A stretch of DNA of 64,000 nt, from NCBI GenBank assembly GCA_029856145.1, contig JAHQWK010000019.1:82271-146270 (forward strand). Direction: 5' to 3'. Below are positions 1-10,155 of this stretch, in pieces (positions within the stretch are counted from its first letter, which is position 1; every line of letters starts with the position of its first letter). The notes below the pieces were generated by a model that did not search any database, was not told where the DNA came from, and was given only the letters and a program-made list of their open reading frames with translations. Origin of the DNA: Promethearchaeia archaeon. GTDB taxonomy: Archaea; Asgardarchaeota; Lokiarchaeia; Sigyniarchaeales; SOKP01. A program made the position numbers and the translations under genes.

Positions 1-46
1 TTAAAACTATTTTTGAGTGTCTTTTAGAAAAAGTAATTAAATCTCA

Positions 47-871
47 TTATTTCCATTCAAATCCGCATTTACCACAATATTTCTTTTTTCCATAAATACG
101 AGGATAATCCATTAAAATTAAGTTCTTATCCGTTACTTCATGAATTGACCCTTCATCTCCACAACTCGGACATTTCCTACGCCCAACGGATTTCTCAACT
201 ACTATGACACTATTATTAAATGAATCTGAAAGCGGTTTATCTTCGATAATATCTAAGACTGACTCTCTAATTTCTGTTGATGGTTCACTTTTAATTGAAG
301 TTTCCGCTTTTTCTACCAAATAATCTTCATTGATCATTATGATATATCCTTTAACTATTGAATGAAATTCATTTTCCTTTGGTAACCTATCAAATTTTTC
401 TATGAAATTCTCTATAAACGTTTGAATATCGTTATTTTTGACAATAAATCCTTTTAATTCAATTGAACGTTTAATTTCTTGAATAATCTCCTCTTTTGAG
501 GGCGTAGTTTTCTCAATTTTCTCAATATATGTTGAGTTGGTTAATCTTTTTTCAAATTCTTTCCACAATTGTCTAACTTGAGCATCTGTTAGTTTCCCTT
601 TAATTTGAATATAAACTCGTTTTTCTTGTTCTTGTAAAATAGTAATGCGATTGTCTTTCTGTTGTTCTTGATCAGTCTCGTTATCGAAAAAAGTTATTCT
701 GAGCAAAGATCTTCCCAACCTTTTTGTATTAATTGAAAGAGATAAACTTTTTTCTAATATATTTTCCATAATTGTTTGAATTTCATTATAACTTTTGTCC
801 CGTACGTCAAATGATTGACTTCTCTCTAACATTTTAAAGTTCTTAACCCTATTTACAATGCATTTATTCAA
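47..871 (-). CDS. hypothetical protein with C-terminal four-Cys zinc ribbon
   Basis: 274-aa ORF. The C-terminus RRKCPSCGDEGSIHEVTDKNLILMDYPRIYGKKKYCGKCGFEWK has two CxxC knuckles and closely matches the small ORF at 52356..52595. The N-terminal ~225 aa were not recognised. Confidence 0.55.
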   Translation of the reverse strand: MNKCIVNRVKNFKMLERSQSFDVRDKSYNEIQTIMENILEKSLSLSINTKRLGRSLLRITFFDNETDQEQQKDNRITILQEQEKRVYIQIKGKLTDAQVRQLWKEFEKRLTNSTYIEKIEKTTPSKEEIIQEIKRSIELKGFIVKNNDIQTFIENFIEKFDRLPKENEFHSIVKGYIIMINEDYLVEKAETSIKSEPSTEIRESVLDIIEDKPLSDSFNNSVIVVEKSVGRRKCPSCGDEGSIHEVTDKNLILMDYPRIYGKKKYCGKCGFEWK

Positions 872-1049
872 TCAAATTGGATAATTTTATTCTAGACATT
901 TTACTTTAAAATGTTAATCTTTTGATGCAATTCAATATCATATTTAATGAATCGAAACTATCAATATCCTATCTGTGATTCATTATTTTAAGAAAATTTA
1001 TATTGATATTTTGATTAAATTTGACCATAGAACAACTGATTTTTTTGTT

Positions 1050-1754
1050 ATGGAAAAAGAGATTCTAAAAACGGGTTCTAATAAGAAAAAATCGAAGGAA
1101 ACGCAATCAACTTCAAAAAGAAAAATCATTATCGCGGTTATATTGATAGTTTTTGCGTTTTCAGGATCATTTTTGATTTATTTTATCCTACAAATCTCTT
1201 TAAATACAAACACTCCTATGGTGGTAGTAGTTTCAGGCTCAATGGAACCAACCTTATTAAAAGGTGATTTATTATTCGTTCAAGGCAAAGACCCTGCCCA
1301 AATAAAAAATGGTACAATTGAAGGAAAGGAGGGTGATATAATTGTTTTTGATGCTTGGAACTTAGATGGTTGGATAGATCCCCCTCGTGATCCAATTGTC
1401 CATCGTGTTGTTGATAAATGGTATGATGGTGGTTGGTTTTTCCTCACTAAAGGTGATGCCAATCCAGTAGGTGATAATGTGCCTGTACCAGAGAATAGAG
1501 TCCTTGGAGTAGTAGTAGGAAGAATCCCCTTTATCGGATGGGTAAAAATTATTCTTGCAGATTCGGGATTATTAATTCCACTTTTAGTTATTGTATCCGC
1601 TTTACTTATTATAAGTATTATTTGGGATATTGTGAAAAAGGATGATAATGGTAGAGATAAAAAGAAGGGAGAAAAAAAGCTAATCTATGATCCAAAAACG
1701 AAAGATGATGAATCAGTAAGAGAAATTGAATTTGATTATACCAAAAATAATTAA
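1050..1754 (+). CDS. signal peptidase I, archaeal/ER Sec11-type (S26B)
   Basis: N-terminal TM anchor (IIIAVILIVFAFSGSFLIYFIL), Ser box VVSGSMEPTLLKGD, His box PIVHRVV, and TKGDANP box. The ORF track starts at GTG 975; ATG 1050 (MEKEILK) is the more likely start. Confidence 0.8.
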   Translation: MEKEILKTGSNKKKSKETQSTSKRKIIIAVILIVFAFSGSFLIYFILQISLNTNTPMVVVVSGSMEPTLLKGDLLFVQGKDPAQIKNGTIEGKEGDIIVFDAWNLDGWIDPPRDPIVHRVVDKWYDGGWFFLTKGDANPVGDNVPVPENRVLGVVVGRIPFIGWVKIILADSGLLIPLLVIVSALLIISIIWDIVKKDDNGRDKKKGEKKLIYDPKTKDDESVREIEFDYTKNN

Positions 1755-1886
1755 TTCAATTGATATTATTGCTAAGTAATTTTCTCCTTTATTCTAAAAG
1801 TAGAATATTTATAAAACTCTAAATCAAATAAATAAATACTAAATTTTATTTTAATAAAAAAACAAAAAAAAATTGGTGAATATAAT

Positions 1887-2105
1887 ATTTCGTGGACTCC
1901 TCCAACTAAAGTTACTGTTATTCTAACATTCTTGTTGATGGCTTTTGGGATATTTATCTTGCTTGATTTAACTAGCTTGATATGGCCTGGGTTTTTACCT
2001 TATTTTGAAATTGGAACATTACACGGGTGGCATATTATTTCACTGGTAGTACTTTTTCTCTCTTGGTTTCTCTTCTTTCTAGGTGTAAAATTAAAAGGTT
2101 TATAA
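1887..2105 (+). CDS. small 2-TM membrane protein, tandem paralog of 2142..2372, no canonical start codon (possible pseudogene or ATT start)
   Basis: My own translation is ISWTPPTKVTVILTFLLMAFGIFILLD...FLGVKLKGL*, colinear with MAWTPPSRVTVSLTFLLMAFGIFILLD...AIKLKGL*. ATT 1887 aligns with the paralog ATG. GGTGA at 1875-1879 lies 7 nt upstream. Confidence 0.45.
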   Translation: MSWTPPTKVTVILTFLLMAFGIFILLDLTSLIWPGFLPYFEIGTLHGWHIISLVVLFLSWFLFFLGVKLKGL

Positions 2106-2141
2106 TTATAGTTTAATTAAAAATAAAAAGTTGATTAATTT

Positions 2142-2372
2142 ATGGCATGGACTCCTCCATCTAGAGTGACTGTGTCATTAACATTCCTGTTAATGGCTTT
2201 TGGGATATTTATCTTACTCGACCAATTTACTATATTTTGGACTGGTACTCTCCTACCGATAATTCATCCTTTTAATTTAAGCTCTTACGTATCATGGTTG
2301 CTGATTGCCATGATAGTATTCTTTTTCTCTTGGTTGCTATTTTACCTCGCTATAAAATTGAAAGGTTTATGA
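2142..2372 (+). CDS. small 2-TM membrane protein (hypothetical)
   Basis: 76-aa ORF with two hydrophobic helices. A paralog lies immediately upstream. Confidence 0.6.
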   Translation: MAWTPPSRVTVSLTFLLMAFGIFILLDQFTIFWTGTLLPIIHPFNLSSYVSWLLIAMIVFFFSWLLFYLAIKLKGL

Positions 2373-2627
2373 AATAATAAATTTAAATCTCTTTTTTTTC
2401 TTAATTTTATTTGGAAATGTCCCTCTTTAGTTAACTTCTGTTAGAAAATCAAAAATTCTTATTAATCTGACAATAAAATTTAAAACATTTCTAAAATTTC
2501 AAGAAAATGTTATTACGTAATTTAAAATCAAAAATACGATAAAACTACAAAACGTAATACGCAAACGCAAATTAACTAGAAAGTAAAGAAATACAATTAA
2601 AAATTAAATACAAAAGAGGAAATTAAA

Positions 2628-2912
2628 ATGTCAAAAGAAAAAGAAACAAATTCTGTTTTCGTTGGCCGCCGTCCAACAATGAACTATGTGATGGCCACTA
2701 TGATGATCCTTAATAAAGGTGAGGATTGTACTGTAAAAGCTAGAGGTAGAGCTATCTCCCATGCTGTCGATGTTTGTGAGATTTTGAGAAATAGATTCTT
2801 AAAGGGTACAGAATATAAAGACATCTTATTAAGCACAGAACAATTAGAAGGAGAAGACGGACAGAGTAACAACGTTTCAAGCATTGAAATTATACTTGCG
2901 CCTCCAAAATAA
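2628..2912 (+). CDS. albA: Alba (Sac10b) DNA/RNA-binding chromatin protein
   Basis: 94 aa. VFVGRRPTMNYVMATMMIL...VKARGRAISHAVDVCEILRNRF is the classic Alba core. GAGG Shine-Dalgarno upstream. Confidence 0.9.
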   Translation: MSKEKETNSVFVGRRPTMNYVMATMMILNKGEDCTVKARGRAISHAVDVCEILRNRFLKGTEYKDILLSTEQLEGEDGQSNNVSSIEIILAPPK

Positions 2913-2959
2913 ACAGTGAAATTAACTATAATTCGCTGAAACAAATAATGTAATCTTTA

Positions 2960-2968
2960 TTTTTTTTT
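2960..2968 (+). terminator. oligo-T tract downstream of alba
   Basis: Run of 9 T about 48 nt after the stop codon. Archaeal RNA polymerase terminates at oligo-T tracts. Confidence 0.45.
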
Positions 2969-3322
2969 ATTATTCTATTTATATGATAGAAAATTTCGGT
3001 TTTACCTTTGATTTAAATAAAGCATTAAAATTACTAAAAGCAACAAATGATTTTTTGTTTGTGAAAGAAGAAAAGAAAGATATATATTAATACGTTATTA
3101 TATTGAAAGATATTCTCTTGTTAATAAATCTCATTATAATTAGTAGTAGTTAGATTTTAGTCAATTTTGTTGAACTATAAAGGAAATTACTAATTTTTTG
3201 GTAAAATCACAAAGTTTTATTAATACAGTTAGAAAATTAATAATTAACAAAAAATAAATTGTTTTAATTTTAAATCCAATTTTAAATAAACTATTAAAAA
3301 ATTCAAAAAGAGGAAGATAAAA

Positions 3323-3517
3323 ATGGCTAAAAAGGGAGTAGAACCTTTGTATGTAAAATCTAAAGTAAGGGAATATATTAAGGGTAAAGATTGTAATACT
3401 AGCAGTGGCGTTCTTGATGGGGAAACTTTAAATAAACTCATAATGGAAATGCTTGATAATGCTGTAAGACGAGCAAAAGGTAATAATAGAAAAACAGTAA
3501 AGGCAAGAGATTTATAA
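3323..3517 (+). CDS. small histone-fold-like protein (DUF1931-type)
   Basis: 64 aa. The pattern LYVKSKVREYIK...NTSSGVLD..LNKLIMEMLDNAVRRAKGNNRKTVKARDL matches my recollection of the DUF1931 family, which ends in RKTV.ARD. GAGG Shine-Dalgarno upstream. Confidence 0.5.
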   Translation: MAKKGVEPLYVKSKVREYIKGKDCNTSSGVLDGETLNKLIMEMLDNAVRRAKGNNRKTVKARDL

Positions 3518-3539
3518 ATCCACTTGCTCAAAAATATTC

Positions 3540-3548
3540 TTTTTTTTT
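3540..3548 (+). terminator. oligo-T tract downstream of 3323..3517
   Basis: Run of 9 T about 23 nt after the stop codon. Confidence 0.45.
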
Positions 3549-3857
3549 ATATTCTATTTCATAATGAGAGCATTATTTTTTAAATAATAACTGAAGGTTT
3601 TTCATACTTAGCTCGGCTGATTCCAGTAGATAAATCCTTCTCGACAATTATTTTAGACGTAGATATATCTGGTAGATACTACTAATATTTCATTATTTTT
3701 TATAAGTACTCGAAATAAAATAAGAACAGGAGATATTTAAATCTCAAGTAATTGATATTTTTTCATCCTTAACTCAAATCCCTCTCTCCCTCCTTCCAAG
3801 TTTAAGATAGCATTATGAATATGCTCATTTTCAAAAAAATTTTCATCTTCTGAGATT

Positions 3858-5972
3858 TTATACTGTTTCTCTCTTTACTTTTGTGACATGGTTTTCTTTT
3901 TTAAAATTAAAAATATCTGTTACAAATGAATCGAGATTTCTATCGTGAGAAATGATAATCATCTGAGCTGTATTGAGTTTTTCAAAAATATCTTGCATTC
4001 TATTTATTTGTTCTTGACTAAAACCGTCTGTGGGTTCATCTAAAATTAATAAATCTTTGGTTTTTATTTCCTGATGTCTTTCATTGATAATTTTATTCAA
4101 AGCAAGTCTATAAGCTAATGATAAAGCACTTTTTTCTCCACCAGATAAATCGTTGAATGGTGTATCATATCCATTGACTATAATTTCAGGTTCAAAATCA
4201 TCCATTCTAATATTTACTTCAATGTTTTCCTCCTCAACTAATGTTCTAAACCATTCTTTAAAATATTTATTGAAATGTTGAGCGCTGGTTGAGATTATTT
4301 CTCTTTCAATATCTCTGATAAGAATTTGAAATTCTTCAGTAATCCATTTTTTTAGGCTAGTTACATATTCACTTTTTTTTTCTAAAATTTTTTTTTTTCT
4401 AAGATTATTCTCTAACTTATTTAATTCTCTTTCTATTAAATTCAAATTAGCTTGTTTAGTATTAAGTTCCTTTTCAAAACCTGATTTTTCTTCTTTTAAC
4501 TTTTTTATTAAATTCTTTTGATTAGTTAATTTTAACTTTAATTTATTTTCAAATTCCTTGAAACTTTTAAAATCTTTAATTTCATAATTTTTTAGAATAA
4601 ACATAATTTGATTTTGATTATTCTTTATTTTTTCATTTAATTGAGTAATCAAATCCTTTAATTCAATTCCTCTCTTTTTCTTTTCTTCAACTAACTTATT
4701 TAAAGCATCTTTTTTTGTTTGGATCATATTATAATCCCTTAAATTCTTTAGATCTGCTTCAGCTTTAGAAATTGCTGAAATTAATTTTTTAATTTCTTTT
4801 GATAATTGTTCTATTTCATCATTTGTGTTTTTAAGTTCAGAATTAAACCGCTTTTTTTCATGCAATTCTTGCCCGCATAAGGAACACTTCCCTTCTTTTA
4901 AAAGCTTATTTATATTTTCAATTTTATCATCTAATACAGCTTTGAGCTTAACTTTCTTTAATTTAATCTTTCGATTTTTATCTATTTGTTCTTCAAGTTG
5001 TTTTTCCGTTAAATCACTTTTAAGTTCGGTTTTAGGTAAATCTTTGATTTTCTTTAATGAATTTGAAATATCTATTACTAAAGACTCCAAAGATGTTTCA
5101 TTCTTCTTTTTAGATACATTTGACTCATCTACAATTGTTAGAGAATTTTCAATTTTAACTAATTTTTTTGAATATTCACTTAATTCAGACTGAATTCTGT
5201 CAACTTTTATTTCTTCTTTTTCTATTTCTTTTTCCTTTTCTCGTTTATTTTTTTCTATTATTTCAATAATTTCATTTTGTTCCTCTATTTCTTTTTCCTT
5301 TTTAGGGATGAATTCTTCGGGTTTTCCAATAGTATTAAGCTGGATTTTAATTTTTTTTTTCTTATTTTTTAAAAATTCATTTAAGACTCCAACATTCTTT
5401 AGAGCAATCTCATATTTTTCTATACCAAAAACTTCTTTTAAAATTTCAAATCGCTCATCTGGTTTTGCTTGTAATATCTCTTTCACTTGTTCTTGCGGAG
5501 TATATACAGTATATCGAAATAGAGGAATTTTTTGTGCCTTTTCATATCGAGTTATTGAATAATTTAAAATTTCTAGGATTTTTTTTCTTAAATCTGTAGG
5601 AGCATATGATGTCTCTACTGATTCATTTCCTAAATGCTCTATAAATGATCCAGTTTCTTGTGAAACAATAACTCTCTTTTTTCCTGCTTCTTTTCTCCTA
5701 GTTCTTTTCAATCCACGCTTGATTGTATATCTCTTTCCATTAATTGAGAATGTTAATTCAACAAACCCTTTATTTTCACCTCTTCTTAAAAGTGAATCTC
5801 CACTTAAATCTGCTGCAGTTAAAGTACCAAATAAGCAGAATTCTATTGCCTTTAAGACTGAGGACTTACCGCTTCCAATATCTCCAAAAAAGAGAATTAT
5901 TGAGGGAGGGAACTTAATTTCTAAATCTATAATGCTTCTAATATTTTTTATTTTCACAGATTCAATAATCAT
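3858..5972 (-). CDS. rad50: Rad50 DSB-repair ATPase (short form, 704 aa)
   Basis: Walker A GDIGSGKSS, central CxxC zinc hook GKCSLCGQ (nt 4875-4886), long Lys/Glu-rich coiled coils, signature LSGGEKS, Walker B LLILDEPT. Last gene of the nurA-herA-mre11-rad50 operon. Confidence 0.9.
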   Translation of the reverse strand: MIIESVKIKNIRSIIDLEIKFPPSIILFFGDIGSGKSSVLKAIEFCLFGTLTAADLSGDSLLRRGENKGFVELTFSINGKRYTIKRGLKRTRRKEAGKKRVIVSQETGSFIEHLGNESVETSYAPTDLRKKILEILNYSITRYEKAQKIPLFRYTVYTPQEQVKEILQAKPDERFEILKEVFGIEKYEIALKNVGVLNEFLKNKKKKIKIQLNTIGKPEEFIPKKEKEIEEQNEIIEIIEKNKREKEKEIEKEEIKVDRIQSELSEYSKKLVKIENSLTIVDESNVSKKKNETSLESLVIDISNSLKKIKDLPKTELKSDLTEKQLEEQIDKNRKIKLKKVKLKAVLDDKIENINKLLKEGKCSLCGQELHEKKRFNSELKNTNDEIEQLSKEIKKLISAISKAEADLKNLRDYNMIQTKKDALNKLVEEKKKRGIELKDLITQLNEKIKNNQNQIMFILKNYEIKDFKSFKEFENKLKLKLTNQKNLIKKLKEEKSGFEKELNTKQANLNLIERELNKLENNLRKKKILEKKSEYVTSLKKWITEEFQILIRDIEREIISTSAQHFNKYFKEWFRTLVEEENIEVNIRMDDFEPEIIVNGYDTPFNDLSGGEKSALSLAYRLALNKIINERHQEIKTKDLLILDEPTDGFSQEQINRMQDIFEKLNTAQMIIISHDRNLDSFVTDIFNFKKENHVTKVKRETV

Positions 5973-5982
5973 TTTATAATGC

Positions 5983-7272
5983 TCATTCTTCTTCTAATTG
6001 AAAGATTTTTTTGAAATTATTAACTAATTCTTTATCATATTCTTTTACTTTTGTTCCCTCTTCTCTTTCTTTACCTATGACTGATAATAAATCGTGAATC
6101 TTATTCTCAACGTTTTTTTTATCGATATTATTAATTTTTATTTTCTGTGCATGTTCATAAATAAGAGTGTTTTCAATTTCTTCATTTGTTTTTCCAACCA
6201 CAACACTAATAGGAGTATATTCTTTTGAAGTAAGACTCGATTTATTTACTAATACTTCATAAGCCCCTTTTTCTTGTATTTTTTGAATAATTTCATTCGT
6301 TTTTAATTCATAAGTTCTCCCAGAAGATAAAGTCCCATATATTCTGATAGTGACTGTTTTATCATCAAAATTAGTTTCATTAATTTTTTCTTTTAATAAA
6401 TCTTGAACTTGGGTTATTGATTTATTATTGCAATCAATAAGTAATGAAATAACTTCCTTTACTTTAATTGGAATATATCTAACATTTAAATTCGATATTT
6501 GAGATTCTTTATCAATATCACCAGATATTATGCAAAATCCACCAAACTTATATTGTTCAAGTTCACGAAAATTTACTGGTGCAAGAGAACCAGGATATAC
6601 TATCTTAGTCTTGTCATCAATCTTAAAAGATCTTTCATCTTTTCTTAATTTTTCAGGAACTGTTTTATGAAGATGCCCACCAGCATAATATTCAAATCCT
6701 TGGGGTAATAGGGATTTAGGAGTAGATTCCATATCTTTAAATTCTTTAGGTTTCAATTCATATAACATAGTATGAAATATGAATATCTTTGGACCTTTTT
6801 CATCTTCTAGAGATTTTCTATCTAAAATATGATATTCCTCAATTTCTAAACCACGTTTTCTAGCTCTTAAACCTGTTAATTTAATTTTGGTTTTTGGATC
6901 TATGTAAAAATTTAATTTTATTTTATTTTCTTCTGTTAACTCCGCGTTCCATACATCTTTAAATAATCCTGCTGAAATAAGTGGTCTAATCATTGATTTT
7001 TCTGAAGGGGAAAAGTCATGAGAACCCATTATTCCATACACAGGGATTTCATGATCCTTCAACTTCTTTAATTCTCTTGTCGCTAAATCTATGACTTCTA
7101 CTTTTGGATTACTGACATCGTATAAGTCGCCACTTATTATAACAAAATCAACTTCTTCATTAACAATAGTATTCACTGCTATTTTGAAAGCTTTATACCC
7201 TAACTCATTTAAACGTTCATTACGCCAGGCTCCTAAGTGAACATCAGAAATATGGGCAAATTTAACTTTCAT
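5983..7272 (-). CDS. mre11: Mre11 nuclease
   Basis: Calcineurin-like phosphoesterase motifs FAHISDVHLG, SGDLYD, GSHD, GGHLH. Lies 10 nt upstream of rad50. Confidence 0.9.
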   Translation of the reverse strand: MKVKFAHISDVHLGAWRNERLNELGYKAFKIAVNTIVNEEVDFVIISGDLYDVSNPKVEVIDLATRELKKLKDHEIPVYGIMGSHDFSPSEKSMIRPLISAGLFKDVWNAELTEENKIKLNFYIDPKTKIKLTGLRARKRGLEIEEYHILDRKSLEDEKGPKIFIFHTMLYELKPKEFKDMESTPKSLLPQGFEYYAGGHLHKTVPEKLRKDERSFKIDDKTKIVYPGSLAPVNFRELEQYKFGGFCIISGDIDKESQISNLNVRYIPIKVKEVISLLIDCNNKSITQVQDLLKEKINETNFDDKTVTIRIYGTLSSGRTYELKTNEIIQKIQEKGAYEVLVNKSSLTSKEYTPISVVVGKTNEEIENTLIYEHAQKIKINNIDKKNVENKIHDLLSVIGKEREEGTKVKEYDKELVNNFKKIFQLEEE

Positions 7273-7295
7273 TTTTGAAATCTTTCTAACATTTT

Positions 7296-8876
7296 TTATT
7301 TTATTCCTGGAAAGGCTTTTCTAATTTTTATATTGGATTTAGTTTCATCGTTTTTTCCTTCTAATAAATCCTCAAACTTTGGTATCTTAATTGGAATAGC
7401 AAATTTTGTAAAATTAGATGTGACTATAGCTTCACCAATATCTAAACTTGCAATTGTTTGACTATCATCTGATAGATCTTGAGCTGAACTTTCAATTAGG
7501 GTCCTTCTTTCTGGACCCATTTCATTTCCAAGGATAATTTTGGTATTCATATTTGCTAAAATTTCTCTCTCTATTAAACTTGGTAATTGTGTTATTCCTA
7601 TTAATCCTATATTGAATTTCCTCCCCTCTCTTGCGATTTTTCCAAATACATTATCTCTTGTTTCGAGTACTTTTTTTCCTATAACTCTAGGCGCCTCTTC
7701 TAAAACAATAGCAATAACAGGCTTATCTTCTAATTCATCTCTGAATTTAAGGTATTTATATTGATCAAATATATTGTCTACTATAATTGTTGCAACAAAT
7801 ATTTCTTCTGCTCCCTCAAATAAAGAAGTATCAACAATAACAGTTCTCCCTTCCATTAATGAGTTCTTAATATTATTTATTATTGATTCATATCCATTTA
7901 ATGTATAGATACCATTTTCAATTATATTATTCTCATCATCAAAACCAAAATGTAATAAAATTGATAATCTTCTTCTCAGAACATCTAAAGTACTCTCATG
8001 AAGTCCCTGAGGGCGTGGATAAGCAATTATATCATCGCTAAAAATTGCTTGAATCCAATTTTGTCTATGTAATCGATAAAAACCTATTAAAGCATCTAAT
8101 TGAGGTGGTGTGAAGCTAAGAGTTCCTATAGCATGCATTGGTTCTATTAACTTCACATTTAATTTTAAGTCAAGTTTCCCAGGAATGGATCTTATAGAAT
8201 AATATTCAATATATTTGGAACTTTCAGGATGTTCCTTTAATCCTTTTTGCGTCGCAGTACCGTAATATTCATTGTGAGGATCAAACACTAATTTTCCACA
8301 ATTATCGTTTTCCATTAAATTATACAGAATTGTTTTAACTAAATTTGATTTACCTCTACCTGTAGTTGCTGGAATTAGAATATGGTGTCTAATTACCTTT
8401 GTTGCTTCAAGAATCACTTCTGTTCTTAAAACTTTAGACCCCGAGCGAATATTACCTAAATTTAAAGGATTTTGGATTTTTTCTTCTTTAAAAAATTCTA
8501 AATGAGTATCATCAATATCAAATATATCTGAGAAAAATGTAGGTAATTTCTTTGGCAAGAAAAGTTTATTATCCTTGACGAATATTAAAGGTCTCGCTAG
8601 AGCTAACACATAGTTACGTAATTCAGATTCATATATTTTTAAATCAGACTTTTCTCTTTCTAAACCATACCCTGCCATTAATTCAAGAACCTTATCTGGA
8701 ATCTGACTTCCATAAAATAGATCCTTTATTTGAAAAATGCTATACTCATTTCTATCTTTACCAGCAATAAAAAGCTGTCCTAACTCAAATTCCTGATCTG
8801 ATTTCTGCCTTAATATTAATTTAACCAAAGAACTACCGGTAACAAAACTGCCAATTTTTTTTCCTAAATCTACCAT
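7296..8876 (-). CDS. herA: HerA (FtsK/HerA-type) hexameric DNA helicase/translocase
   Basis: Walker [10 protein letters not shown], Walker [10 protein letters not shown]. Sits between nurA and mre11. Confidence 0.85.
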   Translation of the reverse strand: MVDLGKKIGSFVTGSSLVKLILRQKSDQEFELGQLFIAGKDRNEYSIFQIKDLFYGSQIPDKVLELMAGYGLEREKSDLKIYESELRNYVLALARPLIFVKDNKLFLPKKLPTFFSDIFDIDDTHLEFFKEEKIQNPLNLGNIRSGSKVLRTEVILEATKVIRHHILIPATTGRGKSNLVKTILYNLMENDNCGKLVFDPHNEYYGTATQKGLKEHPESSKYIEYYSIRSIPGKLDLKLNVKLIEPMHAIGTLSFTPPQLDALIGFYRLHRQNWIQAIFSDDIIAYPRPQGLHESTLDVLRRRLSILLHFGFDDENNIIENGIYTLNGYESIINNIKNSLMEGRTVIVDTSLFEGAEEIFVATIIVDNIFDQYKYLKFRDELEDKPVIAIVLEEAPRVIGKKVLETRDNVFGKIAREGRKFNIGLIGITQLPSLIEREILANMNTKIILGNEMGPERRTLIESSAQDLSDDSQTIASLDIGEAIVTSNFTKFAIPIKIPKFEDLLEGKNDETKSNIKIRKAFPGIK

Positions 8877-8886
8877 ACTTTTCCAC

Positions 8887-10044
8887 TTATCTTCTTATTA
8901 TATTTAATAAATCATGTGCGTTCACGGAACGTAAACGAGGTAAGATATATTTTTTATAATCCTCTTCATCAAATTCTGCAATTAATTGAATTTTTTGAGG
9001 TTCTAATTCTTTAATACTCACTGCTGCAAGTTGATCTGCTTTTATAAGACCATAGGGATATCCTGGATATGATAAATCATTAGAATTATTTGCTATATTA
9101 GAAATAACTATTTCACACTGATCTTCAGACATCTCTTTTGCTTGATCCAGTAAAATATCGAATCTAAATGAATATACTGAATTTTTATTTAGTTTTACGA
9201 AATATAAATCTGCTTTTTCTTGAGCTTTTGTAATTCTATAGATAGGATGATAATACCACGCGCTACTTGGAAATTTTTTATTTCCTACATAGTTTATTAA
9301 AGAATTTAATGAATTTCCATTTTGTGTAATTAATCGACAAGTTTTAGAAAGTCCAGATACGACTACTCCTTTTTTAATTGCTGTATTATACAATTTTTCT
9401 GCTAATATCGTTTCTCCAGTATACCCTGTTTGAAGTGAACCATCTCTGACAAAAATACTCCCTTCATCTAATTCATTTAAAATAAATTTATTTGCGTAAG
9501 TCCATTCAGCAAATCTCATTGCGATGCCTCCAAAAACTTCAATATTTGGCAGGCTGAACCATCTCTCTCTAATAGTAGGATCATTAATTGAAAATTTTAA
9601 ATCATCTTTAGGGAGATATTCTCTAAATTCTGATTCTAAAGGAAAGAAGCGTGTAATATAACCTAAAGTATCATCATCAAAAATATCTAATACTGTTACG
9701 CTATAAAACTCAATTTTAACTGGTGTTTTTTTTAATTGAGTCCACTTATTAGTAGTAAATAAAACCCCTGAAACCCTATTTAAACTTACATTGAAATCTG
9801 CACTTCTGATTATCGGACCATTTCCTCCATCAACAAACCCAATACTCTTAACAAAATTACATTTTGGAATTTCAAAAATTTTATCTTCATAAATCTCAAA
9901 TGCTTCTTCTTCTGAACTAGAAATGAATGGTTTGTCTTCTTTAGGATATCCCAATTTATGATTCTCTATGAATTTTACACATTCCTTCAATGGATTTTTT
10001 CTTTTTTCAGCACTCATCTTATTAAAAAGATGCTTATTTTTCAT
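8887..10044 (-). CDS. nurA: NurA 5'-3' nuclease
   Basis: NurA-type motifs GFVDGG and [11 protein letters not shown]. Lies 10 nt upstream of herA. Confidence 0.75.
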   Translation of the reverse strand: MKNKHLFNKMSAEKRKNPLKECVKFIENHKLGYPKEDKPFISSSEEEAFEIYEDKIFEIPKCNFVKSIGFVDGGNGPIIRSADFNVSLNRVSGVLFTTNKWTQLKKTPVKIEFYSVTVLDIFDDDTLGYITRFFPLESEFREYLPKDDLKFSINDPTIRERWFSLPNIEVFGGIAMRFAEWTYANKFILNELDEGSIFVRDGSLQTGYTGETILAEKLYNTAIKKGVVVSGLSKTCRLITQNGNSLNSLINYVGNKKFPSSAWYYHPIYRITKAQEKADLYFVKLNKNSVYSFRFDILLDQAKEMSEDQCEIVISNIANNSNDLSYPGYPYGLIKADQLAAVSIKELEPQKIQLIAEFDEEDYKKYILPRLRSVNAHDLLNIIRR

Positions 10045-10155
10045 TAAATATTTTTATAAATAATAAATCAATTAGAGTCAACAGATTTAACAGTTTTTAT
10101 ATTAATATTAAACTTTTTATTAATAGTATATTGAAATAATCAACGGAATTTCTTA

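Noticed and set aside
2983-3090. 35-codon ORF (MIENFGFTFDLNKALKLLKATNDFLFVKEEKKDIY) in the alba / DUF1931-like intergenic region.
   Set aside because: Too short, with no SD and no recognisable motif. Cannot be supported from sequence alone.
3560-3625. Possible C/D-box sRNA (AATGAGA ... CTGA ... CTGA) in a slightly GC-richer patch downstream of the DUF1931-like gene.
   Set aside because: The C-box candidate does not match RUGAUGA, there is no C' box, and the spacing is too short. Probably chance in AT-rich DNA.
3736-3857. Apparent small ORF immediately downstream of rad50.
   Set aside because: Codon-by-codon re-reading showed the frame closes after 14 codons. My first reading had dropped a base.
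7296-10044. Considered whether HerA-NurA could be a SIR2-HerA / DUF4297-HerA-type defence module.
   Set aside because: The genes sit in a tight operon with bona fide mre11 and rad50, and no SIR2 or DUF4297 partner is adjacent. Housekeeping DSB resection is the parsimonious reading.
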